From positions 2,356,001 to 2,420,000 of the forward strand of contig OZ231126.1 of the NCBI GenBank assembly GCA_965153355.1: a stretch of DNA of 64,000 nt, read 5' to 3'. Numbering within the stretch: the stretch's first letter is position 1; each line of letters begins with the position of its first letter. Below, piece by piece: positions 1 through 12,113 of this stretch. The position numbers were made by a program, and so were the translations under genes. The notes beneath the pieces were generated by a model. That model did no database searches, had not been told where the DNA came from, and saw nothing but the letters and a program-made list of their open reading frames with translations. This DNA comes from Flaccisagitta enflata (Eukaryota).

Positions 1-252
1 TCGGTTTGCTTTACCCGGCCGAGAGATCGCCGTGTGAATCACCTCAGGCCAACTTTACAAAAGGCACTGCAAATCAAATGGTCAACAAAGAGTGGATAAA
101 AAACTCAGACCAACCGGCGAGTGAACAGCTTGGCTAGTGCTTGTCTTCTACCTTTACAGAAAAAGAAACTAATTTAGCCAATAAATGACAAAAGCTCAAA
201 AGCAAGCGGAAAAAAGTACAAAAGACCGAGGGCTGGCGATGCGAGACAAAAA

Positions 253-412
253 CAGTGGAACCCCGCAATAACAGACTCGTTTTTAAAGGTTTCCCATCAT
301 TAAAGATCAAGTGGTGGCTCTTAATGCAACTTCATCTCTGCTTAAATGGTAAACCTGAATTGGAGGTAAAGGGTCTTCAACCCCAAAGGATCGATAAAGC
401 AGGGTCCTACTG
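253..412. mobile_element. Short Tc1/mariner-pogo-like MITE (CAGT...ACTG ends), copy 1
   Basis: Imperfect TIRs CAGTGGAACCCCGC / GCAGGGTCCTACTG followed by TA; homologous along its length to 51576-51750. Confidence 0.65.
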
Positions 413-1479
413 TAATTGTTACAAATTAGAGTGCAAAGTACAAGGAGACAACAAACAATTGGCTAACATCAGCCACTGGTCGGTGAAACTCAATAAGTCA
501 GAAAATCATAATACAAACCTAAATCGAAAGTCCATTTCTTCTGCAGTCTTTACTCTTGAAACTTCAATCTTCCTCCAACTCCCTCGATCTTAATCTGCTT
601 CTCTCCACTTCTCATCTATTTTTTGAAATAGTAGCTATGAACAAAATAATTACAACTATTTCCGGTGGAGGAAATAGCCAATCAGATACTGAAAGGTACT
701 GCCTCTGACATTGACGTCAACAGACATAACACTGTCATTTCAACCAAACTGCGGGCAGAAAGTCCTCCATGGACTAATTGCCACCGGAGCCTTCTTTTGT
801 CGGCGCCAACGAAGACAGTGGCCCAGAAGTGCCTTTCGCGCCTTGTTTGGCTTCAACACTGCTGGCACCAGCAGCAGCGACAGCAGCAGCAACAGCTGGA
901 TCGGCACTGCGTTAACGAAAGATGTCAAATTGTCTACTTACCCGAAATAAAAGCAGCACCGCGACGATTACATTTATCGAACACTGAGAAATATATTGAG
1001 CATTATCAAACCCAATTTGTGTTTTCAAGAAGAGACAACCGACAATGATTGACAGCATGATATAGCCAACGACGTTGAAAGCAACCTACAGAAGTGATGT
1101 TGACAGTCATAAATAAATGCCATGTGTTTTACATGACTGCATGACTTCCTTGAAAACACACCTAAAATGAAAAAACAAAGATTTAAGTCAAATATCGCGA
1201 CGCCCAGAAAAAACCTACAAGAAAAAAATTTAAAACCAATTAGTTATTCTGTACACATTAACTAAAGTCTTTTTCCCTCCCTTTTTTGGTCTAAAATGGA
1301 AAAAAGGGGGAGATAATGGTTGGAGTCCTAATCCCAGTATTGAATCCCTGAGTTCGGTTCAAGTCCGCAACTCACGGATAAGGGTTCGAGTCCCAGTTAG
1401 CGGTTTAAGTCCGTGATTAACAATTTTCAAAGGCAGTTTTCCCCTTTTGGGCCTCCAACGGAAAAAGGGGAGGAGGGCA

Positions 1480-1730
1480 AAAACAGGTACAAGTGTTGGT
1501 TGAAGTCCAACGGAAAAAACAAAATTGTTGGTTAAAGTCCAATAGGTGCAAGTGTTGGTTAAAGTCCAACAGAAAAAAATTGTTGGTTAAAGTCCAACAG
1601 GTGCAAGTGTTGGTTAAAGTCCAGCAGGTACAAGTGTTGGTTTAAGTCCAACAGGTACAAGTGTTGGTTAATGTCCAACGGAAAAATGTTGGTTCAAGTC
1701 CAACAGGTACAAGTGTTGGTCAAAGCCCTA
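1480..1730 (+). repeat. Minisatellite, ~27-bp unit AACAGGTACAAGTGTTGGTTAAAGTCC
   Basis: About nine degenerate tandem units visible; TGTTGG/CCAACA makes each unit self-complementary. Confidence 0.85.
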
Positions 1731-1794
1731 CGGGGAATTGTTGCATTGATATTGAGCCACTGCTTGCATTGATACTGATTTCTCTTATATTTCT

Positions 1795-1972
1795 GAGGCC
1801 AACGTAACCATCCTTATGAAATCTGCAAACTTGACCTAAGCCTGCATGATGATGCTGTTTCTACTCGCAAGTAATGGCAGCAGAGGCCAACGTAACCATC
1901 CTTATGAAATCTGCAAACTTGACCTAAGCCTGCATGATGATGCTGTTTCTACTCGCAAGTAATGGCAGCAGA
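1795..1972 (+). repeat. Exact 88-bp tandem duplication
   Basis: GAGGCCAACGTAACC...AATGGCAGCA starts at 1795 and again at 1883. Confidence 0.95.
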
Positions 1973-2399
1973 CACCCTCAGACGGTTTCTTGTGTCAAGT
2001 TCAAGAGTGACATCATGGACACGATCATAGGCTCTTTACAAAAAAAGATCAGACATGGCTTGTGTTGCAGGGAAAACCCACTTGTAAATATATGTTGTAC
2101 ATATAAAAAGATAAAGACTAGATGTTAAGATAACTTTTGAAAATTTTTCATCTTGACTGTCTATCCGTCCCTCTGTCTGTGAGCAAATTCTCTCCTTATG
2201 ACACATTGCAAGTTATCGTGGTATTTATCAATCACCATCACTAATTAAAAAATGATGAAATAATTTTTATTATTTTTCCCAGTCAAAATTTGATATGAAA
2301 AACAAAGTCACAAGTCAATGCCCATTTTGACTTATGTCTTCCTCTCTGTCTTATGTCAAAAGTTATGGCAAAACATACTTATTAATGTTAACAGCACAA

Positions 2400-3166
2400 A
2401 ATCAGCCGGGTTACAAGAGGTGTTCCTTACCAACGAGTGGTTCAATAAAAAGTCAAAGGGAATCTGCCTCTTCATCTTGAGCGTTTTCTCGGCGCTAAAA
2501 TTGGTCGGGAGAGGCAAAGATTTCCATCAAAACTTGACATTATCTCAAAAGACCGATGTCACATACCCAAGTGATTTGACGATGTCTGCCAGGCAGTTCA
2601 CCATTGAGCATTATGCTACTGAGACTGGCAATTTCTCAATGGAAAGAATTGAGCGGTTTGTGAACGTTGATCACCGCATGGGCCTCTTGGATATGGAACA
2701 TGAACCAGTACACATCGGTTTGGGCAACTGGAATTGGTCTCTCACTTCCATCCTCGTCATTGGAATGCTCTATCTTGCCTTAGTTTGCAGATAAGGTCGC
2801 CGCTATGTTCCAAATCTGCCTTGTAGGCATGGCCGAGATGACCAAGCATGCGATGACGGGCCAGAACACCCCAATGTCCAACGAGTGAGGAATGCAATAC
2901 CCGGCGGACAGGCACCACCCCCTTATGCAAGGTTTGAACAAGACCAAGGAGTTCAAAACATCTTCACCAACGCTGGACAGGTGGCAGCACGCAATGATGA
3001 TGCTGCACGGCGTCGTCGGCGACGGCAAAACGATGCGTTGAGGTTGATTGCTAACGCTATTGCTAATGCAAACACAAATGCCCCAAGACCTCAGGGGCAG
3101 GCAAGTGGTGACCGAGATATCCAGATAGTGGATGATCCGCTCCCTCAATCCACCCCCTCCGAATGA
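2400..3166 (+). pseudogene. Interrupted single-pass membrane-protein reading frame (ectodomain fragment, TM, PPPY tail); possible env-like relic
   Basis: ORFs 2318-2794 and 2885-3166 are in the same frame, separated by one TAA right after a TM helix (SLTSILVIGMLYLALVCR*GRRY); NLT/NFS/NWS sequons before the TM and PPPY after it. 5' boundary uncertain. Confidence 0.4.
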
Positions 3167-3343
3167 CTGTAGCAATGTCCAAATTGCGCCCCTGCCTTTG
3201 CTGTCCGGTGCTGTGGAAGCAAATGAAGTGCAAAATGAAGGATAGACAGGCAAAAGTGAAATCAATTTTGATTTTTACCGGCCTAGTTGAAATTGGCTGA
3301 ATTTTGAGCTTCATTTTGATGAAAAATGGGTTTGAGAAAAATA

Positions 3344-3934
3344 CTATCTAGGAAATAGAAATCTTCCCGCACGTTTCAGTCTATAACTCTTGTGAAAATC
3401 ATCTGACTAAGAAAAAATTGGTGACTAAAATGAAGCTCTTCGAATTTGCAAGCCATCTACGCAAACCGCATCCTGCTATCTCATTGGGTTTAGAAGTTAT
3501 CTTAATTTGAATGAAATCATTCCATTTGAAGATTTCTTAATTTGAATTTTTTACAGTAAGTCTTATCCATTCAAAGTTAAATATCTCCGTTGTTTTTTGA
3601 TCAATTGACAAAAAATTGGTGGCCAAAATGAAGAGTTTTTCAAGGGGCATCTTTTTCCTTTTTTGCGCAACAAATTCAGTCCAGCCGTTTAAAAGTTATG
3701 ATCACTCAAAGATAAAAAGGAGGAAAAAATTTGTTTCATGGAAAAAGGCTGGAAGCCATCACTCCAAAGTACCTCCTGATACTTTACAAATTGCTGAACC
3801 GGCCATTGGCGGTGATAATTGAGTCAGGGGGAGCCTACATCTATCATTGATCCATTTGCAATCAACAGATATACGTGATCATGTAGATAAATGACATGAA
3901 TTCATAGGTGGGAAGATTTCTATTTCCTAGATAG
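3344..3934. mobile_element. TA-flanked MITE with CTATCTAGG termini (591 bp)
   Basis: TIR CTATCTAGGAAATAGAAATCTTCCC / GGGAAGATTTCTATTTCCTAGATAG, TA on both sides. Confidence 0.85.
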
Positions 3935-4464
3935 TACTAGGGTTGGGTGGATTTTGCTTGGCTAACTAGGAGTTGAGCTCTCAATACCCTCATAGCCTAG
4001 ATTTTCTGTAAGAACTTGTTTTTTCCAAAATGAAAAAAGTTCCACCTATTTCAAGAGTTATCCCTTGTACTTTTCGCTGTATATACTTTGCCATATCGTG
4101 TCTCTGGAAATTTTTTTTTTCATTATTGCTGTACTGTTACTGTTTGCTACTACTTGCTACCTTGATTACCATTACTATTGTTCTCTTTTCACCCGTTCAT
4201 TTTACCATGTGGATAAAATACCAGGGGAGAATCTGACGATATAATGGGCTGCCCCTGCCCCTGCCCTTAAAGCCCATTATATGTTAAGTGGTATTATATC
4301 CCCATTGAACTACTGTACCCCCCTCCCCAATGGTCTATGCCCTTTCCTCTCTGCCCCTTCTTAGTGAATATCCTGTTTGAGGTCATTGAACCATCTCTAC
4401 CATCATCAAAACCGAAGGATCGAGGCAGTTGAAAGAAGGAAATTCAGATATGAGGGCTAAACTC

Positions 4465-4836
4465 TGTAACATAAGACCTATTTTAGTAGTAGTAAAAAGA
4501 TATGTAACAATGCCATAGAGCAATATTGTAACTTCTGTCCCAAGCCTTTGTTCTCTACAATATTGCTCATATCTCTCTCAAATGTTCTAGAAGCCCAAAG
4601 GAAGAAGATTCTCCTTCTTATAGCTATCTCCTTCTAATAGGTCTCCTTCCTTCTAGAACACTGGGAAGGTATAAAAAGGCGATCTCCCCTTATTGTGGGC
4701 TCTCTTCCCAATGTGTTACTGTTACACTTTCACATTGTTGGCAACGTGTTGTCAGATAAGTCTTGCTGATATGCCTATGTATCAAATACAGTAAAAGAAA
4801 TAATAACATACTTGTCTTACTATCATTTACACAACA
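4465..4836 (+). mobile_element. Putative solo LTR
   Basis: TGTAAC...ACAACA ends, internal TATAAAAAGG box near 4670, flanks AACTC/AACTA (5-bp TSD with one mismatch). Confidence 0.45.
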
Positions 4837-5065
4837 AACTACTGTGCCTACCTATATGATAGGTGAAATCTAAGTCCAGTGGATAGGTGTAAGTATTTTA
4901 GTGGTATGGTGTTAGCTCAGCCACCTGTAACGGTCGAAGGGTACCCGTTGATAACCTAAACTAGGTTACCATTCTATCAATGACCGCAAATCGGAATACA
5001 ACAATAAACCGATCGAGTGACTCGGTTTCTTCTTCTTATCCCCTATCCCCCTTCTCCTGACTCTC

Positions 5066-5107
<42 letters not shown>

Positions 5108-6030
5108 CTAGCATCTATCAAATTCGATGATCATTTGCTTATTTTTTTTAAAATTGAAAGTAAACAAAAGTTTAATAAACAAAAAATATAGAAAAATAGA
5201 AAAAAAATGCAGAAGTTAAAAAAAAAAGCTTAAAACAAATTAAAAAACTGAAAAAAAAAGAAAAAAGTACAAAAAGTACAAAAAGTATAAAAAGTAAAAA
5301 AAGTACAAAAAGTAAAAAAAGTACAAAAAGTAAAAATTTTGTAAATTAAAAAAAGATAAAGTTACACATCTGAAAAACAATAAATAAAAAAGTAAAAGTA
5401 AATAACTAATAAAGTGCAGGATTTAAAAAAAGAAAAAAAAAATCAGTGCTATTCTTAAATGATCCACACTTAATCATCATGCAAAAAAAATGTCAGTATG
5501 CAAATAAAAATCGATAATAACCGCAACCGGAAGTCGGTTATAGCAGTATCTGAACCGAACCTATATTTGCGATTTTTAATTTATTAATTGAACCTAATTG
5601 AACCGATTTTTATAAGCCAGATCGCCGAACTCTAGCCACCTGTAAGGAGGAGTGAGTGGAAGGATATCTGCCACACTGCATGGCCTAACGGTAGTTACTC
5701 GGAAAAAATGCCTCGGCATAGAGGCCCATACTGGGTGGTAGTACGGACCTTCCCCATCACATCCACACTAAGAGCCAAATGTTCTACTTGGAAATTAGGC
5801 CAAAATGGCCTAATATGGCCATTTCTCAGGTCATAATGGCTCTACCATGGGATTTACATGTTTTTTTTTGTTTGACTGGATTTTTTTCTCTAAAACTGAT
5901 GCCAATGGGTGATTTATAAACCTGTGGATACATATCAGGCCAAAGCAGAGGAAAACCCGGTCAAATTAACCTAATATGGCCTAATTCAAGGCATTTTTTT
6001 GCCAAAAATCCGTTTTATGATTCCCAAGCG

Positions 6031-6095
<65 letters not shown>

Positions 6096-6673
6096 GGGCA
6101 GCAGCTCTGAGGGTGTTTTCACATGTATGGGAAATTTTCTCCTTCTCCTCCTCCTTTACCCCCCCCCGTCTCAAACTTCTCAAGGCCCAAATCCCAGCCT
6201 TGAGGACCAAATCCCAACCTTGAGGTCCAAATCCCAGCCTCGAGACCCAAATCCCAGCCCCAAAGCCCAAATCGCCACCTCTTGGCCCAATTCAAGCCTC
6301 AAAGCCCAAATCCGGCTTTAAAGCTTAAATTGCAGCTTGAAGGTCGTAATTCTAGAGGAAAATCAAAAAGGTGAAGGAGAAAATTCCCCATATGTGTGAA
6401 AGAATGGGTCATTGAACCCTCCAAGGCCACTGCCCTGATCCCTCCCTCAGCTTCAATCACAACCCTAATAAGCAAGGCACAGATACTGCTAACCATCTAA
6501 TCCTTTTACGACAGCTGTTGTATTTTTTGTTGTTGTTGTTGTTGTTGTTGATGTTGTAGTTGTTGTTGTTTTTTTTTCTGTTATTGTAACCGTACATCAT
6601 TGCAGAGAATCTGACTTCCATTCTCATCATGCAACATGTGTGCGGGTGTGCAGGTGGGCATGGGCAGTGAAAA

Positions 6674-7056
6674 ACAAGTCATCCAAGGACCGCACATGGT
6701 CAGCGGCACCAGTTGCCCTTTATGGGGTATTTAGGTGATGAGAGGTGAGAGCAGGGTAGTGACCCCTAAGGGCTGATGTCGAGTAGAACACTGGGGAGAA
6801 TTTCCATACAACCAGGAGAGAGGTTAGGGGGTCACATCAGTGATCTGGATGGGGGCTCTAGGCCTAAGAGGGATAATTTGAGATCGGTGAGGACTGACTT
6901 TAGGCTATGAGTCAAGATTTCAGCCCACAGTAGGCTGGACTGGGGCCCAAGACCTTTAGGGGGACGGATGGACGAACAGACGGATGGATGGATAGATGTA
7001 TGGAAGTTCACCCTGTATTCTACAGGACATTTGCCCTTTTGGGCTGCTACCCAAAA
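6674..7056. mobile_element. Interspersed repeat family B (GGTCAGCGGTACCCGTTGCCCTG ... GGGCCGCTGCCCAAAA), Helentron/DINE-like
   Basis: Same conserved blocks with internal ~21-bp tandem repeats recur near 6095-6500, 13207-13730, 15030-15345, 15890-16280, 17340-17870, 57290-57720 and 63520-63615. Confidence 0.7.
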
Positions 7057-7259
7057 AGACTAACCAAGTTTTTTTGAAGGAGCAGTAATGCCAAAAAAGC
7101 CCTAAACGCCAAAAAAGCTAAGCGTTACCAACTGACAGACTGACAAACCAACTGACTGACAGACATAGTGGGTTACAGAGTCGCGTTCATGCAACTAAAA
7201 ACAAGTTCTGACGTTGGCAGCTTTTACAGAAATACTATGCCACTGGAATTTCGAAAAGG

Positions 7260-7463
7260 CTTTTTAGTCGCATGCTACGCGACTCTGCACCCCGCTATGT
7301 CGGTCGGTTGGTTGGTCGGCTTGTTGGTTGGTCCGCTTTTTACTTTTTTGGCATTTTTGAGCTTTTTGAGCATACGGCTCCTGCCCAGATGCCCTGGTGA
7401 CCTTCCATAGCACTGCTCCTGCCCACCCACGCGCGACTAGGGTAGCCGTTTATCCAGCCTTGT
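7260..7463 (+). mobile_element. Helentron-associated/DINE-1-like element, family A (representative copy)
   Basis: T-run then hairpin AGTCGCG(T/A)...CACGCGACT, (GTCG/GTTG)n microsatellite, subterminal CACGCGACT repeat, 3' stem-loop GCCGTGTATCCGGC then CTTGTT. Other copies near 8915-9107, 27473-27662, 44453-44655, 45297-45491, 48839-49015, 53441-53840, 54678-54890, 58225-58440 and 61520-62270. Confidence 0.75.
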
Positions 7464-9218
7464 TTGAGTATGTACTAGTGACTATCACCATGTGTTTGGT
7501 CATCAGCACATGACTATATGGTATCAGTTGGTTGGTCTGTAGGAAAGTTTTATTACCCATTTCTAAGATAACAATATATATGTGTTAAGGACATTATTAT
7601 GTCTTAAGTGAAGAATTTATAAATTGTCTCTTCAATTTCATTTACAACAGAAAAGGGCTGGAGAAGACAAAACAAGGCCGTGTACACAGCCCACAAGTAG
7701 TTGCTTACGGGTGGGCAGGGGCAGTAATGTTGGTGGGCAGGGGCAGTGATGTTGGTGGGCAGGGGCAGTTTTGGGCAGGAGGGGCTGATATGTGGATTGG
7801 CAGGAGCAGCAGTGCTCAGAAATAACCTTATCAGTCGATTTTGCCTCATCCCAAGTTTTGCGTTCTAGGCCACCTTCCTTCCCACGTACACAGCCTCTTA
7901 TAGAGTCGCTTAGCCAGCAGCTAAAGATTATCTGAAATCTGGCCACATCAGCTTATCTAGACCAGGTTATTGGTTGGGAAAGCCAAATATGCATTTGTTC
8001 AATAAGCACACCACAGGGTTAATAGTCCTGGAGAAAAAAAACTGATACTTCGTTATCAAATTCTTCATGCCTGCAATCATGGTTTTTAAGGATGAAAAAC
8101 ATGTTTTTTTGGCCATATTAAGTCATTTTGGCCTGATATTTAGACTGCTCAATACAGAGGTATAACCATAGAGAAAAAATGTAAAATGACCTAACAATTC
8201 CAGAGAGGAGAAGCATAATTACATATTCTTAAATCTTTTCATTCTTTAAAAAGGATTTTTCGCCTTAAATCAGGCCACATTAGGTCAATTTGACCGGATT
8301 TTCTTTTTGCCTTAGCCAGGCAGGTATCCATGGGTGATAAGATACCCCTTGGCATCAGTTTCGGAGAAAAAAATAGTCATACAAAAAAAAATTGCCGCGA
8401 ATCCCATGGTAGAGCCAAGATGACCTGAGAAATGGGCATATTAGGCCATTTTGGCCTAATTTCCAAGTAGAACATTTGGATCTTGGTATGGAAGTGAAGG
8501 GGAGGGTCCATACTACCACCCAGTATAGGCCACTATGCCGAGGCATTTTTTCCGAGTAACTACCGTTAGGCCATACAGTGGCCACCTTAGCCTATCTTAA
8601 GTTATGTCAATAGATGGTTGACCAACCGGTCTGACCCCCTTTATCTTCAAACTAGTCTTTCTTTTTGATGCATGCATTACGTTTCCTGCCTAGTTTTGTT
8701 CAATAATGTTTGGAAGCTCCAAAATTTTGTCATGTCTATCAGGCATTTCAAAACCGAGTGTTAATTGAGACCAACTGTTTTGGACAAGTAGAACAAAAAA
8801 TTCTATCTCCTACTTATACTATGACAAAAAAAACAGCATGTGAAAATATGCCAGGAAATTCAGCTGTAGGTTTAGTACACACCAGTACGCACCAGTAAGT
8901 AGACTAAAAGAAAAATAAGGCCGGATACACAGCTACCCTAGTCGCGTGCGGGTGGGCAGGAGCAGTGCTGGAGAAGGTCACTAGGTCATCTGGGCAGGAG
9001 CTGTGTGCTCAAAAAGCTCAAAAACGCCAAAAAAGTAAAAAGGGGACCAACCGATCGACCGACGGACCAACATAGCGGGGTGTAGAGTCGCGTAGCACGC
9101 GACTAAAAATGCATCACAATCGAACAAGTAGCGGCAGGGGTTCATTTTAGTGCTCACAAGTGCAGGGTTACACCTTTGCAATAGAAATAGTAAATGAGCT
9201 GTACACTAAAAGTGTGTA

Positions 9219-10077
9219 CAACGTCTGTTGGGGTGCCTAAAAAAGTCAAAATTTAACTTCACCTGGCAAAAATGTTTTTCTTTTGCAAAAATGCTTTCAA
9301 ATGAGCCATTGTGCATTTTTCAAATCAATCAGGAACTATCTTTAGGGTGACTTTAGATCCATAAGAAAGAGACAAAATTTGTATAAAAGTGAAATAGATT
9401 CTAATGATGATTCAATGCAAACTTCAATCTCATCTAAACAGTCAGTGAACAAAACACAGTAGGTATATATATCACTCCGTTGGTTTTGATTCAACCCACT
9501 GATGTTGAACAGAATGCTGTAAACAACAATTGCTTGTTGAAATTGCAGTCGGCTGTTAAGTTACAAAGTTGGCAAAAATCCAGCTATCACCGAATAGAAT
9601 GGGACCTGCAGATTCATAATCCTGATGAAATTCTGAGAAGTTGATATGTCACACTAAAAACTTTTTATAAGAAATACTTTTTTTAATATTGCATTATAAT
9701 CAAATCAAACATTAATAAAGAAATTTTATTTTCTTATAAAAGTATATATTGTGACATATCAAACTTCTCAGAATTTCATCAGGATTATGAATCTGCAGGT
9801 CTCATTCTATTTAGTGAAAGTTGGATTTTTGCCAATTTTGTAACTTAACAGCCGGCTGTAATTTTAACAACCAGTTGTTATTTACAGCGTTCTGTTCAAC
9901 ATCAGTGGGTTGGATCAAAACCAACAAAGTGATATATATACCTATTGTGTTTTGTCCGCTGACTGTAAATGTGGTTCCCAATTGATTGGAAAGTCGTGCT
10001 ATGGCTCATTTGAAAGAAAAACATTTATGCTAGGTGAAGTACAATTCAGGCTTTCCTAGGCACTCTGACAGACGTAG
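9219..10077. mobile_element. MITE hosting a nested fold-back element
   Basis: Outer imperfect TIRs (ACGTCTGTTGGGGTGCCTA...CAAATGAGCCAT / ATGGCTCATTTG...TAGGCACTCTGACAGACGT). Confidence 0.6.
9439..9965. mobile_element. Fold-back MITE (CAGTCAG...CTGACTG) with ~235-bp arms
   Basis: 9439-~9675 is the reverse complement of ~9730-9965. Confidence 0.85.
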
Positions 10078-11407
10078 TGTCTACAAGGTCCCCCATGAAG
10101 CTACTATTATACAAACTAAGATCATTAACAACAAAAAAAAACATTAAGTAAAAACGCATTCACAATGTCACCGATAAAATTTGGCACTGATTCAAGACAG
10201 CTTGTTTCTAGCTAGAAAATGCCAGATTATGTCAGGGCAGCCTTTTGACACATTTTGATTAGGTGTTAGATCTCTGCTTTACGGGCCTCGCAACAAACTC
10301 CTTTACACACAAGCCTTGTTTTCTTTATAAGTGAGGCCTCAGCGTGATACTTCAACCGATAAATGCAAGATTTGATATTCACGGTCCCAAAAAAAAAAAA
10401 AAATCACAACTTAAAAAACCTTATTGAAATCATTGACCATTGGAAAGAGCTTGAAAAAAATTTCAAAATGGCGCCAAGCAGAGCTCAGCAGGTCAATTCG
10501 TTTAGATTTCAGAGCTAAAAAAGTAATAATTTCCACCTCAACAAAAAGCAGAAAGTATGCAAAAAAGTGAGGGGAAAAAATTGACCTGTTTATTTTCAAT
10601 TTTTCTTGGCTTATCATGATATAATCATATAAAAATTGGTGAAAGAGCTTCAAAAAATCTGCCCAATGCGGAGCAGATTTTTCTTGTTTAAACCATTTAG
10701 ATTTTATATCAAAATGAATAGAAAATTGTTAAAAAAATCAAACTTGTTGTACGAAATTGTTCACGAATCCTTTATCTATGTCTACCCAAATGATTGCAAA
10801 TAATTTTTGGTACAAAAAAGGCCTAAACTAATCGTTTTTACAGAAAAATCAAATTTAGCACAAGAAATAACAGCAATAGATAATTGAATTGTATTACTGA
10901 GACGAAATTGAATTGTTTTACTGAGACGAAATTTTGCCAAGATGGTATTCAAGGTATTCAAGGAGTATTTGGGCAAGAACAGTGAGGCCCTTAAAAAAAG
11001 TAACAGCAGTCCAAAGGCAGCATATGATGAGCGGTACTCGTGCACTGCTTGAATCTGCATCTGTTCCGCATCAACTATGGTCTGCTGCTTAATTTTTACC
11101 TTTATCTCTCCATTGGCATGACGCCTCTCAATGCAAATAACTCTAGTGTTTGGCTTTAGATTACGATGTCAAGGCCAAACATAAAAGCCACAATCAAAGT
11201 TGATATAACCAAAACAAGAAACTCAAGGTCAAAAGTTCAAGTTAGGGAAGGGATAGTAAACAGTTGGATGTACAGTACCTTCCGAGCAAACCCGGCTAAA
11301 ACTGGAGGATCAATTTTTGGTACAACGGCAATTTTTTGAAGGAAGACGAAGTGTTTCACCCCACTTTTTGCATCACTTTGTGGACAATTTATTTTAATTT
11401 CATTTTT

Positions 11408-11894
11408 CAAACTTCATTTTTTGTATCGAATTTGATTTAAAGATACTTAATTCCTTGAACATATTTGGCTGTCAAAAAAAATAACTCATGAAATCAAAGT
11501 GTATGAAGACATCAATATGGAGTGTTCTAACCCAGACCATTGGATTCAGCTGAAAATTTTACCCATCGTAGACTACAAGAACAGCTCAATCACACAATTA
11601 TTTCAGGTTTTATTGCCATTAAAAGTTTTAAAGGACAATTGTCCTAAATTATCTTGAGACAATTGTCCTTAAAAACTTAACATAGCTGTAAAACCTGAAC
11701 TAATAGTCTGCCTGAGCTGTTCTTGTAGTCAAGGATAGGTAAAATTTTCTGCTGAATCCAATGGTCTGGGTTAGAACACTCCATATTGATGTCTTCATGC
11801 ACTTTGATTTCACGAATTACTTTTTTTGACAGCCAAATATGTTCAAGGAATTGAGTATCTTTTAATTAAGTTTGATACAAAAAATGAAGTTTGG
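11408..11894. repeat. Near-perfect palindrome (fold-back element), ~240-bp arms, loop of a few nt near 11650
   Basis: For example CAATATGGAGTGTTCTAACCCAGACCATTGGATTCAGC pairs with GCTGAATCCAATGGTCTGGGTTAGAACACTCCATATTG. Confidence 0.9.
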
Positions 11895-12113
11895 GAGTTT
11901 GAGGTTCCAAAAAAAAATGCTCAGATATATAACAATTACAGAATCAGGCAAAGAAAAGAAGCGTAAAGTAAAAAGAATAGGTATCAAAAAGTGTGACATC
12001 AATGTAACAGTTTGTGGATATAATTCATAACGCGCGGATTCCAGAAAGAAACCTTTTCTTGCATACATTTGAGATGAAAGAGAATTCATCGAGCTTTTAA
12101 GTGTGATACTCAG

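Larger units (their letters stand above)
5674..8580. mobile_element. Non-autonomous CAC...GTG DNA transposon (CMC/Chapaev-like) with ~320-bp TIRs and nested repeats
   Basis: 5674-~5990 is the diverged reverse complement of ~8265-8580; termini CACTG/CAGTG; GCCA on both flanks (4-bp TSD); interior is microsatellites and Helentron-like copies, no transposase ORF. Confidence 0.75.

Noticed and set aside
520-985. Minus-strand splice-like signals and a DKCN...LLLLLSLLL (Ly6/GPI-like) reading
   Set aside because: Needs a 35-nt intron, other candidate exons have stops in all frames, and no coherent model results.
4919-5644. 12-bp direct repeat AGCCACCTGTAA flanking ~700 bp as a possible TSD
   Set aside because: No TIR pair, poly(A) tail or element identity could be established for the enclosed sequence.
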